NCBI RefSeq assembly: GCF_011386835.1 | Contig: NC_088791.1 | Location: forward strand, 350,424,001-350,488,000 | Direction of reading: 5' to 3' | Source: Chrysemys picta bellii | Taxonomy: Eukaryota | DNA: 64,000 nucleotides | Shown here: piece after piece, positions 36,254 through 49,245 of the stretch | Layout of the letters: each line of letters opens with the position of its first letter | How positions within the stretch are numbered: position 1 is the stretch's first letter | Program-made: the position numbers and the translations under genes | The notes under the pieces: generated by a model | Database searches by the model: none | Told to the model about the DNA's origin: nothing | The model's input: only the letters and a program-made list of their open reading frames with translations

Positions 36254-37420
36254 AGGGTCAGTTCATCACCCAGTTCCAGCGCTGGTGACATGGGAGACCA
36301 AAAACACGAGACACGGACCCTTATTCCATCCTGGACCCTTACATCTGAGACAAGATGAGCTACTCATCTCCTCTCTATAGAGAGAGTTTGAGGCAGGATC
36401 TAAGTTTTTGAGCAATGGGATAGGGACCGCCCGCACCCGCTGGTGAGGGAGGACAGCACCCAGGGAGAAGGAGACCAAGGCAGGCACCAGCATTTACAAA
36501 GTGACTGTGTTCGTGGAGAGCCAGGGGACCGGAGGAATGTTGAGCCATAAAGATCCGTATTGGTGGCTGCTCTGACCTCAGAATTCCTGTCGATATTGAC
36601 AATAAAGAGATGGGAGGTGGATGTTGTTTACCATTACACCTGGCCTGCCCTGTCCCATCTCTGGTTAAACATCCATAGTCCATGAAGAAAGCTGCAGAGA
36701 CTGAGGCCCAGTTTCCCTCCCCGTCCCCTGTGTTGTGCTGCCCCAGCTGATTTCAAAGGGGTGGAAATGGGAATCAGCTCCCCCAGAGAGGTATAGCTAG
36801 CTCCTATCCCATACACTGTAGGGTGACCACCTTTTCAAAAGGCAAAAGCGGGACATATGCAGGGGCCCCATCCCCTGTGTGACCCCGCCCCTGCTCTTCC
36901 TCTTTCCCTGAGACACCTCCCTCTGCCCCATTTCTTACCTGAAGACACAACCCCGTGCTCCATTCCCTTCCCCTTTTGCCCCTCCCTCTGCCCCATCTCT
37001 TCCCCGAAACCCCACCGCCTGCTCCTCCTTTTTACCTGAAGCTCCAACCCCTCTCCAGACCTGAAGCCAGAGCCGGGCCGTGGTAAGAGCTGCCCAGGTT
37101 TCCAAAGCCACTGTAAGGAGCCCCAGACCCTACTCCTATCCTGGGCAGGTGGCTGGTGGGCCCGAGGGACTTGGTCAAAGTGGGCTGTGCTCTTGGAAGT
37201 CATTACCACCCCCCAGGCTGCTCTAAACTCTGCATTGCTCTGTGATTCAGCAGAGTTTGCTTTGATTCCTTTGGGATGTGTGACCATGGCAAGCTATTAG
37301 CTGTCTCTGGGCCTCTGCACGGATAGATAATAGCCCCGTCCTGCCTCACAGCAGTGTCGGGAGTATAAAGACATTCAAGGTGCTCAGATACTCTGAGACC
37401 CTCAGATCAGGACTATGTCA

Positions 37421-37508
37421 GGGTTCCAGACTAGACAAGATGCGATAAATTGACCCTCTCTGTATCGATCGCTGCCCATCGATCCAGCAGGTAACGTAGA
37501 CAAGCCCT
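37421..37508. mobile_element. Short PIF/Harbinger-type MITE remnant
   Basis: Ends in GTAGACAAGCCC, the terminal motif of sauropsid Harbinger MITEs; the left end is degenerate. Confidence 0.4.
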
Positions 37509-37629
37509 AAATCACTGTCATCTGCACGTGGATCCGTAGGCTACAGCATGGTGTGCACATTTACTTGTAAGCAGGGACTACAATCGCAGTTTTACTTTTG
37601 CTCTTATTCCAATTGATCGTTGGCTCCTA

Positions 37630-38790
37630 CCCAGTTACAAACTCTACAAATACAAAAAAACAAGCAAACGTATAATGTAAAAACACTACCTCTTTAGTTT
37701 GGTGCACATGCCATTCAGGAGACGTGTGCCATCACAGAAAAAAAAATGTAAGAGGAGCTGAAACAATAAAGCAACTAAAATAATCATACATTTCTCAAAT
37801 ATTTGTCTCAAACAAGCTGTTACTGTAAAGGAGGGGAAGGACGATGTTTATCTAATCCCCATGGGGCTTGCTACTCAAATTGTAAAAGCAATAAAACAAA
37901 AAAAAACACCTCCTGCACCAGAAGCCTGGAAATCCAGGTGGACTGAAGTACAAAATGGATGGGCTACAAACCCTCTAAATACAGGAAAGCTACAAATTTC
38001 AGTTACACTAGAAGGAGACGTTCCTCCATACATTAAATAATACCCAATACCCCAAAAAACAAAACAAAAAATTCATTGAAACATGTCATTAAAGAACTGG
38101 AAAAATGGAAATTAATGCAGAGGTGCTCAGCGCCTAACACAGCACCAATCTAACCAGTAAAAAAGCCAGATGGAACATGAAAATTAACTAGTGAGGGTTA
38201 AACAAAATTGCTAAGCAGGGAGCCCCCTCAGTAGCTGCTTATCCTGTGCTGCTGGAAGTGGTATCCCCAGAAATAAAGTGGTTTTCTGTACTGAATGTGA
38301 CAAATGGTTTTTAAAGTTTACTTTAAATCCAGAATCCCGGTATCAAACGGCTTCTGTGTTCCAGGGTACTCAATATTGCTAAAATGTTTTGCCTATGGGG
38401 TACTGCAATACATCCAAAATATTCCATGTTGCTGTAAAAATATATTAAAAATTGTCACACACACAAAAAAGTGAAATATATAAATAATAGCTTTGTAGTA
38501 AGTAAAACAGGAAAGAGCATAAAAGGGTTAGTGCAACAGTTACTGGGTTGGTACTTAAAAAAAAAACACAATAAACCTAAACAAAAGAAGCAGCTAGTGC
38601 ACGGGAAAACTTGAAAAAAGGGGTTAATGAAAGCATCTACTTTGCCTGCCCCTAACAATAAGTTCCCTTTTGTGTTGTATCCTAGTGTTAAAAAATTCTG
38701 TAGTGTTAGTATAATCATGCAGAATATTGGTGCTGGGAAAAAAACCTGTTGCGTACTATACCAAAGCAATTACAGCTGCAAAAAGCAAAC
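37630..38790 (+). pseudogene. ERV pro-pol fragment, copy B (paralog of 27830-28990)
   Basis: API*PVKKPDGT*KLT..LNVTNGF*S..QYC*NVLPMGY..YINN; colinear with copy A. Confidence 0.85.
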
Positions 38791-38794
38791 TAAA

Positions 38795-40070
38795 ACTATG
38801 TAAGCAAAGTACATCAGAAGGAGGAAGCCTGCCAAAGAATCAGTGGGGCCACTGGACGATTGAGGTGCTAAAGGAGAATTCAGGGAAGATGAGGTTCTTG
38901 CAGAGAGGCTAAATGTATTCTTTGTGTTGGTCTTCACTGGAAAAGGAGTAAACAGTGAAGTGACAAAATTTGCAGCCGATACAAAACTACTCAATATACT
39001 GAAGTCCAAAGAAGATTACAAAGAGTTACAGTGCAAAGTAATGCAAAACATAATCCCAACTATATATAAAAAATGATGGGCTCTAAATTAGCTGTTTCCA
39101 CTCAAGAAAGAGATCTTGGAGTCATTGTGGATAGTTCTCTGAAAACATCCACTCAATATCCTGGAGGAGTCAAAAACAGTAACAGAATATTTGGGAACCA
39201 CTAGGAAAGGGATAGATAATAAGACAAAAAATATCATATTGTCTCTATATAAATCCATGGTATACCGACGCCTTGAATACTGTGCCCAGTTCTGGTCGCC
39301 CAATCTTCAAAAAAGATATATTTGAATTTGAAAAAGGAAAGAGAAAAGCGACAAAAATGTTTAGGGGTGCGGACAGTGATGAGCTGCTAAAATCGTAACA
39401 ACCGGTTCACTATAAAAAGTTCTGATTTAAGGGATGTGCCCCAGTATGTATTTTTTGTACCAATAGGGTTACCATACGTCCGTATTTTCCGGACGGCGAT
39501 TTAAGAACCAAAAAGCCTGACAGCTTTCATATGAAGAAAAATTAAAAAGACTGGGACTGTTCAGCTTGGAAAAGAGACGCGTAAGGGGGATATGACTGAG
39601 GTCTACAAAATCATGAGTGGTGTGGAGAAAGTAAATAAGGAAGTGTTATTTACTCATTCTCATAACACAAGAACTGGGGTCACCAAATGAAATTAATAGG
39701 CAGCAGGTTTAAAACAAACAGAAGGAAGTACTTCTTCACACAACACACAGTCAACCTGTGGAACTCATTGCCAAGGGATGTTGTGAAGGCCAAAACTATA
39801 ACTGTCCAAAGAAGAATTAGATCAATTCACGGAGGATAGGTCCAACAATAGCTATTAGCCAAGATGGTCAGGGACAGTGCCCCATGCTCTGGGAGTCTCT
39901 AAACCTCTGAGTGCCAGAATATGGGAGCAGATGGATGGAGAATGGATCTCTCGATAATTACCCTGTTTGGTTCATTCCCCCTGAAGCATCCGAACTGGCC
40001 GCTGTCAGAAGACAGGACACTGGGTTAGATGGACTATTGGTCTGACACAATATGACCATTTTTATGTTCT
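38795..40070 (+). mobile_element. CR1 LINE with internal deletions and a nested MITE fragment (~39380-39520)
   Basis: GVNSEVTKFAADTKL (RT), GATCTTGGAGTCATTGTGGATAG, 3' UTR + TTCTTA tail; insert begins CAGTGATGAGCTGC. Confidence 0.88.
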
Positions 40071-43000
40071 TACACTATTCCATTGATGGATAGAGTTGGT
40101 GTAGCCACCCTAGCAGATGTCCATGGTAGTGTGACCATACCTCCCATTCTGGTCGGGAAAGTCCCTTTTTTAAGCCCTGTCCCAGCCAATCCGACATTTT
40201 GTTTTTCAAAAGGAGACATTTGTCCCTTTTAATCTTGCTCTTGCTGACTTGATCAGTTGGCAACAGCAAACGGGACAAATACCCACTTCTGTCATAAAAG
40301 TGGGGAAGTGGGATGCGGTGGAATGTTTGGGGGAGGCGAGTGGAGGTGCCAGCCCCCCGCACACAGGGTGAGGCAGAGCTGGGGTGGGGAAGCAGCGTTC
40401 CAGCCACAGGTGACAGACTCCTGACACTTGAGGGGGCCCCTACAGGGTTCCAGTGACAGGCAATAGCCTCAAACAGGGGAGACCTCATACTGCCACCTAC
40501 GGGTGTGGTCCTGTAGCATGAGGGAGAGAGGCTCATGGTTTGAGCTAGAGCTGGGCTGGAAAGCAGAGACTTTATTTGCCCAAATTAAAATATTGACCCA
40601 AACTGAAATGTTTCCTTTTCATCCATTTTTTCTGAGGTGAGTTTTCATAGAAAATGGATCATTTTTCTCTGAAAGTTCAGCTCCCATGATGCTGCCCAGC
40701 TGCAGCTGCCTGGATCCCCAAGAGAAACTGGAGGCTTTTCATCTGCCTCTTCCTCAAAACAAATGAAGGTGGCACTGACGGTATGGAAAGATCTAAACCT
40801 CCTGCCCAGTCTAGGGCTGGGGTATTGGGTCCATCAGCTACTCTAACCAGCCCTCCCATCTTTTCTCTGCCCCACCCCCCACTCTGTACAATGCCTCTTC
40901 AGCAGGTCCTGTGGGCAGTGTCTACTGTGACAGGCCGTGGTAGCACATCTCTGATGAATCTGTGCTAGCAGGGAGCTGGACAGGGTTCTAAAGCAGTTGT
41001 GGAGGTCCAGCGACTGTGGGTGGGTGGGCCTAGCTACCAGTGGATCACTGAGATCTGTGCCTAACCTTGGGGATTCAGGATCCTGGGTCCCCCTCTTCAT
41101 TCCTCAGGGAGAAGGGAAGGGACTTCCCGCCCTGAACTATCCGAGGGAAATTTCCATGTAGGGAGCCTTGTGGAATCTCCCTTCCCTGGCCTTAACCCTG
41201 GATTTGTAATGCAGGAAAGTGGGCTGCCGGGCAGAAACCTGGTCCTATATTATTAACCATTATTTATTATTATTATTTATTATTCATTTTATTTCAGCAA
41301 GATCACAGCGGTGACAGCATCATCGTTACTACTCGGCCATCCCCAAGGTAGCCATGTGACTAATCGGAACCATACAAACAGTGATGATAAGCCCAGATTC
41401 CAAGAATAGAGCCTGCAGCTTGGCTGGCACTGCAGTCTGGTTCGGCAGCATCACCACATGTCTCCTGTGATTTGCCCACTTGCAGTTTGCCATTGGCCAT
41501 GACAGGGGTTAAAGCTGGTGCACACTAAGCCGAGCAGCTGAGGTTCCCTGATGGCCAAGTGGCCCCCAAGGGAATGTGCAGACATGCTTCATAAACACAG
41601 TTGCCTCCGTATCTGAACAGATACTGCCTGCTGCCCATGCAACTTCTCCTCTGATGCCCCTTGTCCTTTAGGGTGAAGACCTCTGGTGTCAGCGGCTCCC
41701 CGTCTAGCAGGAATTGGGTACGTTGGCAGGTTTCACTATCTTTAAAATGTTCAGTGAAGGGGAAAGGCTGCAAGCTGTTTCCTTTTGCAGATGTTCTGTG
41801 CAGTGGCAGAGGGCTCAGCTGGGCTATCAGGGTGACTCAGTGACAGGGTGGAGGGCAGGCAACGCTAGGTAGCTTGGGAACCCCTCCCCTAGATCTGCTC
41901 ATGCTCCACAGTGGGGTGTTCAAGCTACACAGAAATGTGACTTTTAAAACGAGCTCGGAGTGTTAGAACCTCGATGCCCCGAGTCAGGATTTCTCAAGGG
42001 GTCCCATTTCTAGAGGTGTCATGTGCTCTGGGCCCGATCATGCCAGGGGCTTGGGTAGAGGAGACCCCATGAAATATTAGTGACTAGTTCCCAAATTACC
42101 TCAGGTTTATTTGCTTCTGGAAATTTAATCTGCAAATAATTTTCGAAGGTTTTATTCTCTGGCTTGATTGTGAAGGCAGGAATTCAGAGCTGCGTTGCTC
42201 TGTGGTAACAGGTCCAATAGGGCATATTTCTATTTCCTGACTAGCTGAGGGCTCCAGCACTTCTGCCCTGTTGATATCCTCCGAGTTACAGGGTTGCCAG
42301 CATCTCTGCTCCTTCTCTGGTCTCTGAGTGCCACATGTCAGGCCTCATACCCTGCCCTTTCATGGGATGGAATCCCATGATCCTCCCACCCTCAGACTAG
42401 GCCCTGGGCTATAACACACTGCGGGTCGACTACGCTTGTCCAGCAGGTCCAACTAGGTTCGGCACCTGTGGTTCTTCCCTTTGGGAGTCTGTAACTAGTG
42501 GTGAGACAAGTGACCAGCCAGCCTTCTGGAACCAAAATACAGTTTAATATGAATAGTAGGAATGAATCGTAACATAAGAATAAGAGGGTTTTCAACCAAC
42601 AGTCTCTATACGTCTATGAGCCCAAGCCCTCCCACTCTGATAGGGACCCTGGCAGAAAGAGAGCTTTCAGACTTCTCCAGCACTGTCTGTGCCTATCAGT
42701 CCAAAGAGCTTCTCACCAATAGCTGGACCACCTGTGGACCGATTCCCATCACTGGCAAAAAAGCTGTGTAATGTGGCTGGAGCCCGGAAATAGGTTTTTC
42801 CCAGCTTGTAGCTCCGGTGTCCCTCAGCCTCCTTGAAATGCTCACTGACAGATGGCTTTTCTTACTGCGTGTTTTCCAGCAGCCTTCTATTAGAATAAGA
42901 TGAGTCATACTGGTTTCACCTAATGTAGCCATAACATCAAGATCCCAATAGTTAACCCAATATAGCTCTACAGCAAACATCCCAACAACTGTGTTTAACT

Positions 43001-44450
43001 CACACATTCATTACAGCAGCTCAGCTCCATGTCTGTCCCAATCCCATTCCTGGGTGCTATGGATTTTATGAATAGAGGACACAAACAGTCAGAGAGAGAG
43101 AGCAATAGACTACTTTCATGTGTGAAACCAAGTTCCATTTCCATGAATATTCATGCATTTGACCTTGAAATCCACTTCCTGCAAACCCTCATCATACCTG
43201 AATGACAGGTGCTGGGGTTACTATATACTAAAGAGTGAGAGCTCAGGGAATGGATATTTTCTATACTGATGTCTGTTACCACTCCGGCTACAGGCTACAG
43301 ACTGACAGAACAGAACCAGTCAGCTATTAACCGAGGGACAGAGGAGCTACTAGACTTTTGTTTGCTGACAAGTGACTGAATGAGGGCTGAGACACTGAGA
43401 TGTTTTCATGTTGTGATGAAATCCAAAAGAGATACGTTACATTCTAAGTCCCACTCGAACCTAAGAAATCATCTCTGAAAGCAGATCAGAGGGGAAAGAA
43501 TGGGTTGACATGTGTGTACCAAAGGACAGATGTGTAAATGTTATGCCAAAACTTTTAATTGTAATACAGATATTACTAACCAAACTTTCATGACATGATT
43601 TTATGTTGAAAGCCAGCAGCAGAGTTGTTGGAATCTCAACAGGAAGGAGCAGGGGTAACTTTACTGCTTAATGGCTTTTGCTTTCGAAAGTATATCAGAT
43701 GCCACGTACTTCACATAATGTTTGCAAAGGGTTTATACTATGAAATCATTTTCAGTGAATAGTTGTATGATACTATCTCTTAGTAACAGACCAGAGGCTG
43801 TTTCTAACACTTACATTTCGGGTTGTGCATTCAATCACTCTTGAAGATTTGTGCAAGTATTTCCAAAAATTCCTGACAAAACAGAACTGCTAGTCTGTGT
43901 TTCAGCAAAGAGTAGACCTCAGATATAGGAAAGGAGTGTGGAGTAGTGATTGTGTTAACTTACACCCATCACCTCTGACAGGAGCATTGCTCAAGTAATT
44001 TGCACACTCAACTAGATATTAATGCAAACGTAGTGTTTGCACTATTTACCCATCTGTGATGCCGTCCCCTCCCCCGCCCAGCTGAAGTAACTCTCTGAGT
44101 TAGCTGGGAACTTGCCAAATATCTACAAACACCTGCATGGGGAGAGGATGCAGGTCCTGTGAGGATGAAGAGAAGCCTGTAGGATGATCAGACTCGCTGG
44201 ATTCAGGCTACTTTGGCCAGGGAAACACTTCAGCTTCCCTTGGAGGGATTCTTGGGGAGTCAGAGTGTATCACCGGGAGCATCAGAGAAGGGAAAGTAAA
44301 TAGAACCTGGTTCTGACGTTCTTAAATCCAAGACTTTGGTTTTGCTTGCACTGAGAGCAGAATGATGTCTTGCTAAATATCATGTAGTCTCCTGTTCTTT
44401 TTCCTTTCAGGAAGGAAAGTTCAAAACTCCTCGGACATGCCCAGTACATT

Positions 44451-45386
44451 ATGTCAGCTGTCAATGACACCAACTTCAAATCTGCAGTGTTCCTTCTCAC
44501 CGGGATACCTGGGCACGAAGACTTGCATCTCTGGATCTCTGTCCCCTTCTGCTTCATATATGTCATTTCCATAGTAGGAAATTCACTCATTCTGTTCATT
44601 ATAAAAACAGATCCAAGCCTCCATGAGCCCATGTACATTTTCCTTTCCATGTTGGCCATCACAGACCTTGGCTTATCGATATCTACCATACCGACGACAT
44701 TGGGGATATTATTATTTAACTCTAGGGAGATCAGCCTTGATGCCTGTTTTGCTCAGCTGTTCTTCATCCACTCGCTTTCATACATTGAATCCTCCATGCT
44801 CTTGTTGATGGCCTTTGACCGCTTCATCGCAATCTCTAACCCACTGAGATATGCTTCCATCTTAACCCCAACAAGAATATCCAGAATGGGACTTTTCTTT
44901 GTGCTAAGATCGGTGGCCCTAATATTCCCACTCCCCTTTCTCTTGAAACGGTTCCGATACTGTCGAGCCAATGTCCTCTCCCATTCCTACTGCCTGCACC
45001 AGGAAGTCATGAAGATGGCTTGTTCCGATATCACAGTCAACAGCATCTATGGCTTGTCTATTAAACTCTTAATGGTGGGTTTGGACTCGTTGCTCATCTT
45101 TCTCTCTTATGTGATGATCCTCAAAACTGTGCTGAGTGTCGCATCCCACGCCGAGAGACTCAGGGCCCTGAACACCTGCGTCTCTCACCTCTGCGCCGTC
45201 CTGCTGTTCTACATCCCAGAGATTGGCTTGTCTGTGATACACAGATTTGGGAACAGCTCTTCTCACTTCCTTCAGATTCTGCTGGGATATGTCTACCTGC
45301 TGGTACCGCCCCTGATGAACCCAGTAGTGTACAGCTTGAAAAGCAAACACCTTCGTTCAAGGATAATCAGGCTGTTCATCAAGTGA
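44451..45386 (+). CDS. Class I olfactory receptor, OR51-family-like (OR copy 4), 311 aa
   Basis: LHEPMYIFLSMLA, MAFDRFIAISNPLRY, SHSYCLHQE, LNTCVSH, HRFG, PPLMNPVVYS; intact. Confidence 0.97.
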   Translation: MSAVNDTNFKSAVFLLTGIPGHEDLHLWISVPFCFIYVISIVGNSLILFIIKTDPSLHEPMYIFLSMLAITDLGLSISTIPTTLGILLFNSREISLDACFAQLFFIHSLSYIESSMLLLMAFDRFIAISNPLRYASILTPTRISRMGLFFVLRSVALIFPLPFLLKRFRYCRANVLSHSYCLHQEVMKMACSDITVNSIYGLSIKLLMVGLDSLLIFLSYVMILKTVLSVASHAERLRALNTCVSHLCAVLLFYIPEIGLSVIHRFGNSSSHFLQILLGYVYLLVPPLMNPVVYSLKSKHLRSRIIRLFIK

Positions 45387-45390
45387 AGGT

Positions 45391-46511
45391 TGTGACACTC
45401 TGTGCCTCAGGGGAACCCTCTGAACCTCCATGTTCATCCTTATAATATGATTGTGTGTATCCAATGCAAATTTTTTCATGTAAGGTGTCTTTGGAAGGCT
45501 CATGATGCACTGAGCATTGTTGTTATAGTGATGTTACAATAACTGTTGTTATAGTAATGTTATAGTAATGTTATAGGTTGTAATTTCATGTATATAGTTA
45601 TGAGGATGAAAATGTGTCCTCATGGCTTAAGGCAAGCCCAGACAAAAACTCTCCAAGAGCAGAGGGGCAGTTCACACCTCATCAGGGCATGTATGGGACA
45701 AACCCAGCCCAGCCTCACAGGAACAAAGGACACTGGCTTAGGCAACAACAAAGGCTCTGTTGGACTCTCAAGTGAGTCACCCCCCTTCCTTTGGTCAGTT
45801 TGGGACTGCGATGAGGTAATGCTCACCTGACTCTGAAGGCGGGGGGCAAAGCCAAGAGTGGAGAAAGAACATGATAAAAGGGAGAGATGTTTTCCATACT
45901 CTTCCTCTCTTTTCCACCAACATCTACAGACACCATCACCACTAAGCAACTGAAGTGCTGATCAAAGGGAAGAGCCTGGCTGAAGAGTAACCAGCCGGCC
46001 TGCGGTGAGAAGCATCTAATTTTGTAAGGGCTTTGAAAGTGTTAAGATCAGCTTAGAATGTGTTTTGCTTTTATTTCATTTGACCAAATCTGACTTATTA
46101 TGCTCTGATTTATAATCACTTAAAATCTATCTTTGTAGTTAATAAATCTGTTTGTTTGTTCTACCTGAAGCAGTGCGTTTGGTTTGAAGCATGTCAGAGA
46201 CTCCCCTTGGGATAACAAGCCTGGTACATATCAATTTCTTTGTTAAATTGATTAACTCATATAAGTTTGCAGCGTCCAGCGGGCATAACTGGACACTGCA
46301 AGACAGAGGCTCCTAGGGTTGTGTCTGGAATCGGAGATTTTGGCTAGTGTCATTCGGTTGCGCAATCCAAGGAGCATGCTAGAGGCTGTGCGTGAACAGC
46401 CCAGGAGTGGGGGTTCTCACAGCAGAGCAGGATAAGGCTGGCTCCCAGAGTCGAGGATTGGAGTGGCCTAGAAAATCACTGGTCCAGATAACACCAGAGG
46501 GGAACATCACA
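45391..46511 (+). mobile_element. Solo LTR (1121 bp) 4 nt after the OR4 stop
   Basis: TGTGAC...ATCACA termini; 5-bp TSD AAGGT/AAGGG (45386-45390, 46512-46516); AATAAA 46141-46146; the native 3' UTR resumes at 46517. Confidence 0.9.
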
Positions 46512-48169
46512 AAGGGTCAGTTCATCACCTGGCTCCAGCACTGGTGACACGGGCCATGAAAAACATGGGCCACCTATTCCATCCTGCACACTTACATCCA
46601 AGATGACATGAGCTACTGATCTCCACTTTGTACACAGAGGTTGCGAAGGGGTCTAAGGCCTGTAGCCATGCGAGAGGAGTGCCCCCCCCCATACTGGTGA
46701 GGAAGGAGAGTGAACTGGGAAAAGGAGACTAAGGCTGGCAGCAGTATATAGAAAGTGACTGTGTTTGTGCAGAGCCAGGGCACCGGTAGGATGTTGGCCC
46801 ATAAAGAGCCATATTGGTGGCCACTCTAACCTCAGAATTCCTGCCTATACAGTCAGTAAAGAGAAGGGAGGTGGATGTTGTTTCCCATGACACCTGGCCT
46901 GTCACTGTCCCGTCTCTGGCTAAACATCCTTGGGCCATAAAAAAAGCTGTGGCGCTGTTCTGCAGTCACAGTTCTGGCCCTTCCTGGGCACCCTGGGTGC
47001 TGTGTGATCCATGGGGGCTGCACCAGCTGAAGACAGGGGCTATTCAAGGGGCACGGACACCCACCCTTCCCCTACGCCCTGCGCCAGGTGCTTGTGACTG
47101 AGTCGTGTCAGAGATACGATTATCGCCAGAGCTCCAGGAGAAGCCATTCGCGCAGCCCCTCCACCCCCTTTGATGGCCCCCTGCCTACCAGAACAGGGCT
47201 CCTCCCAAACCTCTATTCCCAAACCAGAACCCCTGAATCCCCAGCCAGTCCACTCTTGCCCTTGACACCCCCTGCTGTTGATCTGTCCCATTCGCCTCCA
47301 AACCAAACTGAATCAGGCTGCTCCACACCTGGCTGCAGCTTGGCGCATGCGTCTCCCCACTGGGCCTGGAGCACAGGTGATCTAGAGCATCTCAGGGGGG
47401 CAGGGGGCTCAAGTCTCCTGCAGGGGCCCTGGTGGGGGAATAGGGCAAAAAGTCTCCAGTTGCGCTGCAGGGCCCAGGCTGAGGGGGGTTACCTGTAGCA
47501 AGGAACACCCACTGGTCGGGGTGCCCATTCACTGAGCGCCAGTGTTGCCTCCTGCCCAGCATGCTCCAGGATCCCAATGGCCCCGGGCCTCCGTAGTCGA
47601 ATAGTGGCGGGGCTGGGGCAGGCAAACAGGGTAGGGGAGCTGTATGCACAGCACCCTCCCACCAGCACTGCCCCAGGCCAGGCAGGGGACCAAGAGCCGA
47701 GGGAGGAGGCAGGGGTTGCACACAGTCGAAACTGGGGAGCAACCAGAAACCCCTGACCTGGGCCTGCCAAGCCTCCCCCTGCCCTGCACTCGCTCTGCCA
47801 AGTGGTAGGAGCTTCTGGGGGGAGGAGGTAGGAGCTGCACTGCCTGAGGGCTCCTCTCCGCCCTCGTCACTGGCAGGAGCCCTCAGCTGGCCGGCTGGCC
47901 GAGAGGAGCAAGTGGGTGTGGGAGACGCCCAGGGCCAGCTGGCCGAGAGGAGCGGGGGGGAGGGGCTGGGAGTGGAGAGGAACCAGCAGCAAGTGGACGG
48001 CCGGGCCGGGCCAGCAGGCCAGGACCCATTTTGAGTGTGGGCCCAGAGACATGGCACCATTGGCACCATTATTAATCCAGTACCGAGACAAACCCTGCGC
48101 ACGGTGCCCTCTTTGGTGGGCTGCCTTGGGCAGCCAACCATACCGCCAGCCGCAAAGGCCTGCCGTAAA

Positions 48170-48735
48170 GATGAGATCCTAGAATGTGTCAGGCGAGAGA
48201 GGGAAGTGTTAATATCCTTATACAACGCACTGATGAGACCTCCTCTGGCAAACTGTGTAAAAGTCTAGTCACTCCTATTCCAGAAAGATTAATTTAAACT
48301 GGAGGAGGTGCAGGGAAGGTCTCCTTGGATGGTCAGGGCAATGGAGGACCCTGCTTACATGGAGACTTAATGAGCTTGCTGGTTTAGCCGAACACAACTC
48401 ATGCTGAGCAGAGATTGCCCTATAAATACATTGGGAGGGGGGGAGTAAACACCAGGGAGGGAGACGAACTTCTGAAGCTAACAGAGAGTGCTGGCAAAAG
48501 AAGAAATGGGTGGAAACAGGCCAGGCCTAAACTCAGTCTGGAAAGGAGAAGGAGGTTTCTGACCATCTGAGGAGGAAGGTTCTGGAACAGCTGCCCAAAA
48601 GGAGCACTGTGGGGAAAACAACCCAGCTGGGTTTAAGATGTAGCTTGACAGGGTTATGCACCGGATGATATGTCGGGGTCACCTGCCATAGCTGGGGACT
48701 GGAGTCATTGACCTAGGAGGTACCTTCCAGGCCTT
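48170..48735 (+). mobile_element. Degenerate CR1 3' fragment (paralog at 58545-59125)
   Basis: GAGACCTCCTCTGGCAAACTGTGT..AAACTGGAGGAGGTGCAG..GGAGGTTTCTGACCATC. Confidence 0.75.
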
Positions 48736-48965
48736 TGTCCCTATGGGTCACATTCACCCATTTTGCGTTGTTAGAAGGCTTTCCCTCAACCCTCCCACTT
48801 CCCTGGTTCTTGTCACGCAGACAGCAAGCAGCAAAGGACCAGAAGTACAAAGCGCAGACAGTGCAACGTTTATTGGGGTTAGTTTCCAAGCAAGCATATT
48901 TCGAAGCCCTTCACACCAGTGGGGCTTATCTCTGTACGCCAATAGAGTCTGTTCCCCAGTGTTCC

Positions 48966-49245
48966 CTTCCCAGCTCCGACCCCACAGAGCGTTCTCCCTG
49001 AGCCCCCCTCCCCGGCTCCGATCCCACAGAGCGTTCTCCCTGAGCCCCCCTCCCCGGCTCCGATCCCATAGAGCGTGCACCCCGCACCCCCCTTCCCAGC
49101 TCTGACCCCACAGAGCGTTCTCCCCGCACCTCCCTCCCCAGCTCCGACCCTGCAGAGCGTTCGCCCCACGCCCCCCTCCCCGGCTCTGATCCCGCACAGC
49201 GTTCGCCCCACCTCCCCCTTCCTGGCTCCGACACAGCACAGCCTT
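48966..49245. repeat. 42-bp tandem repeat, ~7 copies, inside the LTR
   Basis: C(A/G)GCTC core at 48971, 49013, 49055, 49097, 49139, 49181 and 49223. Confidence 0.92.

Larger units (their letters stand above)
29713..38790 (+). repeat. OR duplication module 3 (5'-truncated)
   Basis: Begins at GAACAGTGATGACAAGCCC (module-1 position ~3027) and is then colinear. Confidence 0.8.
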
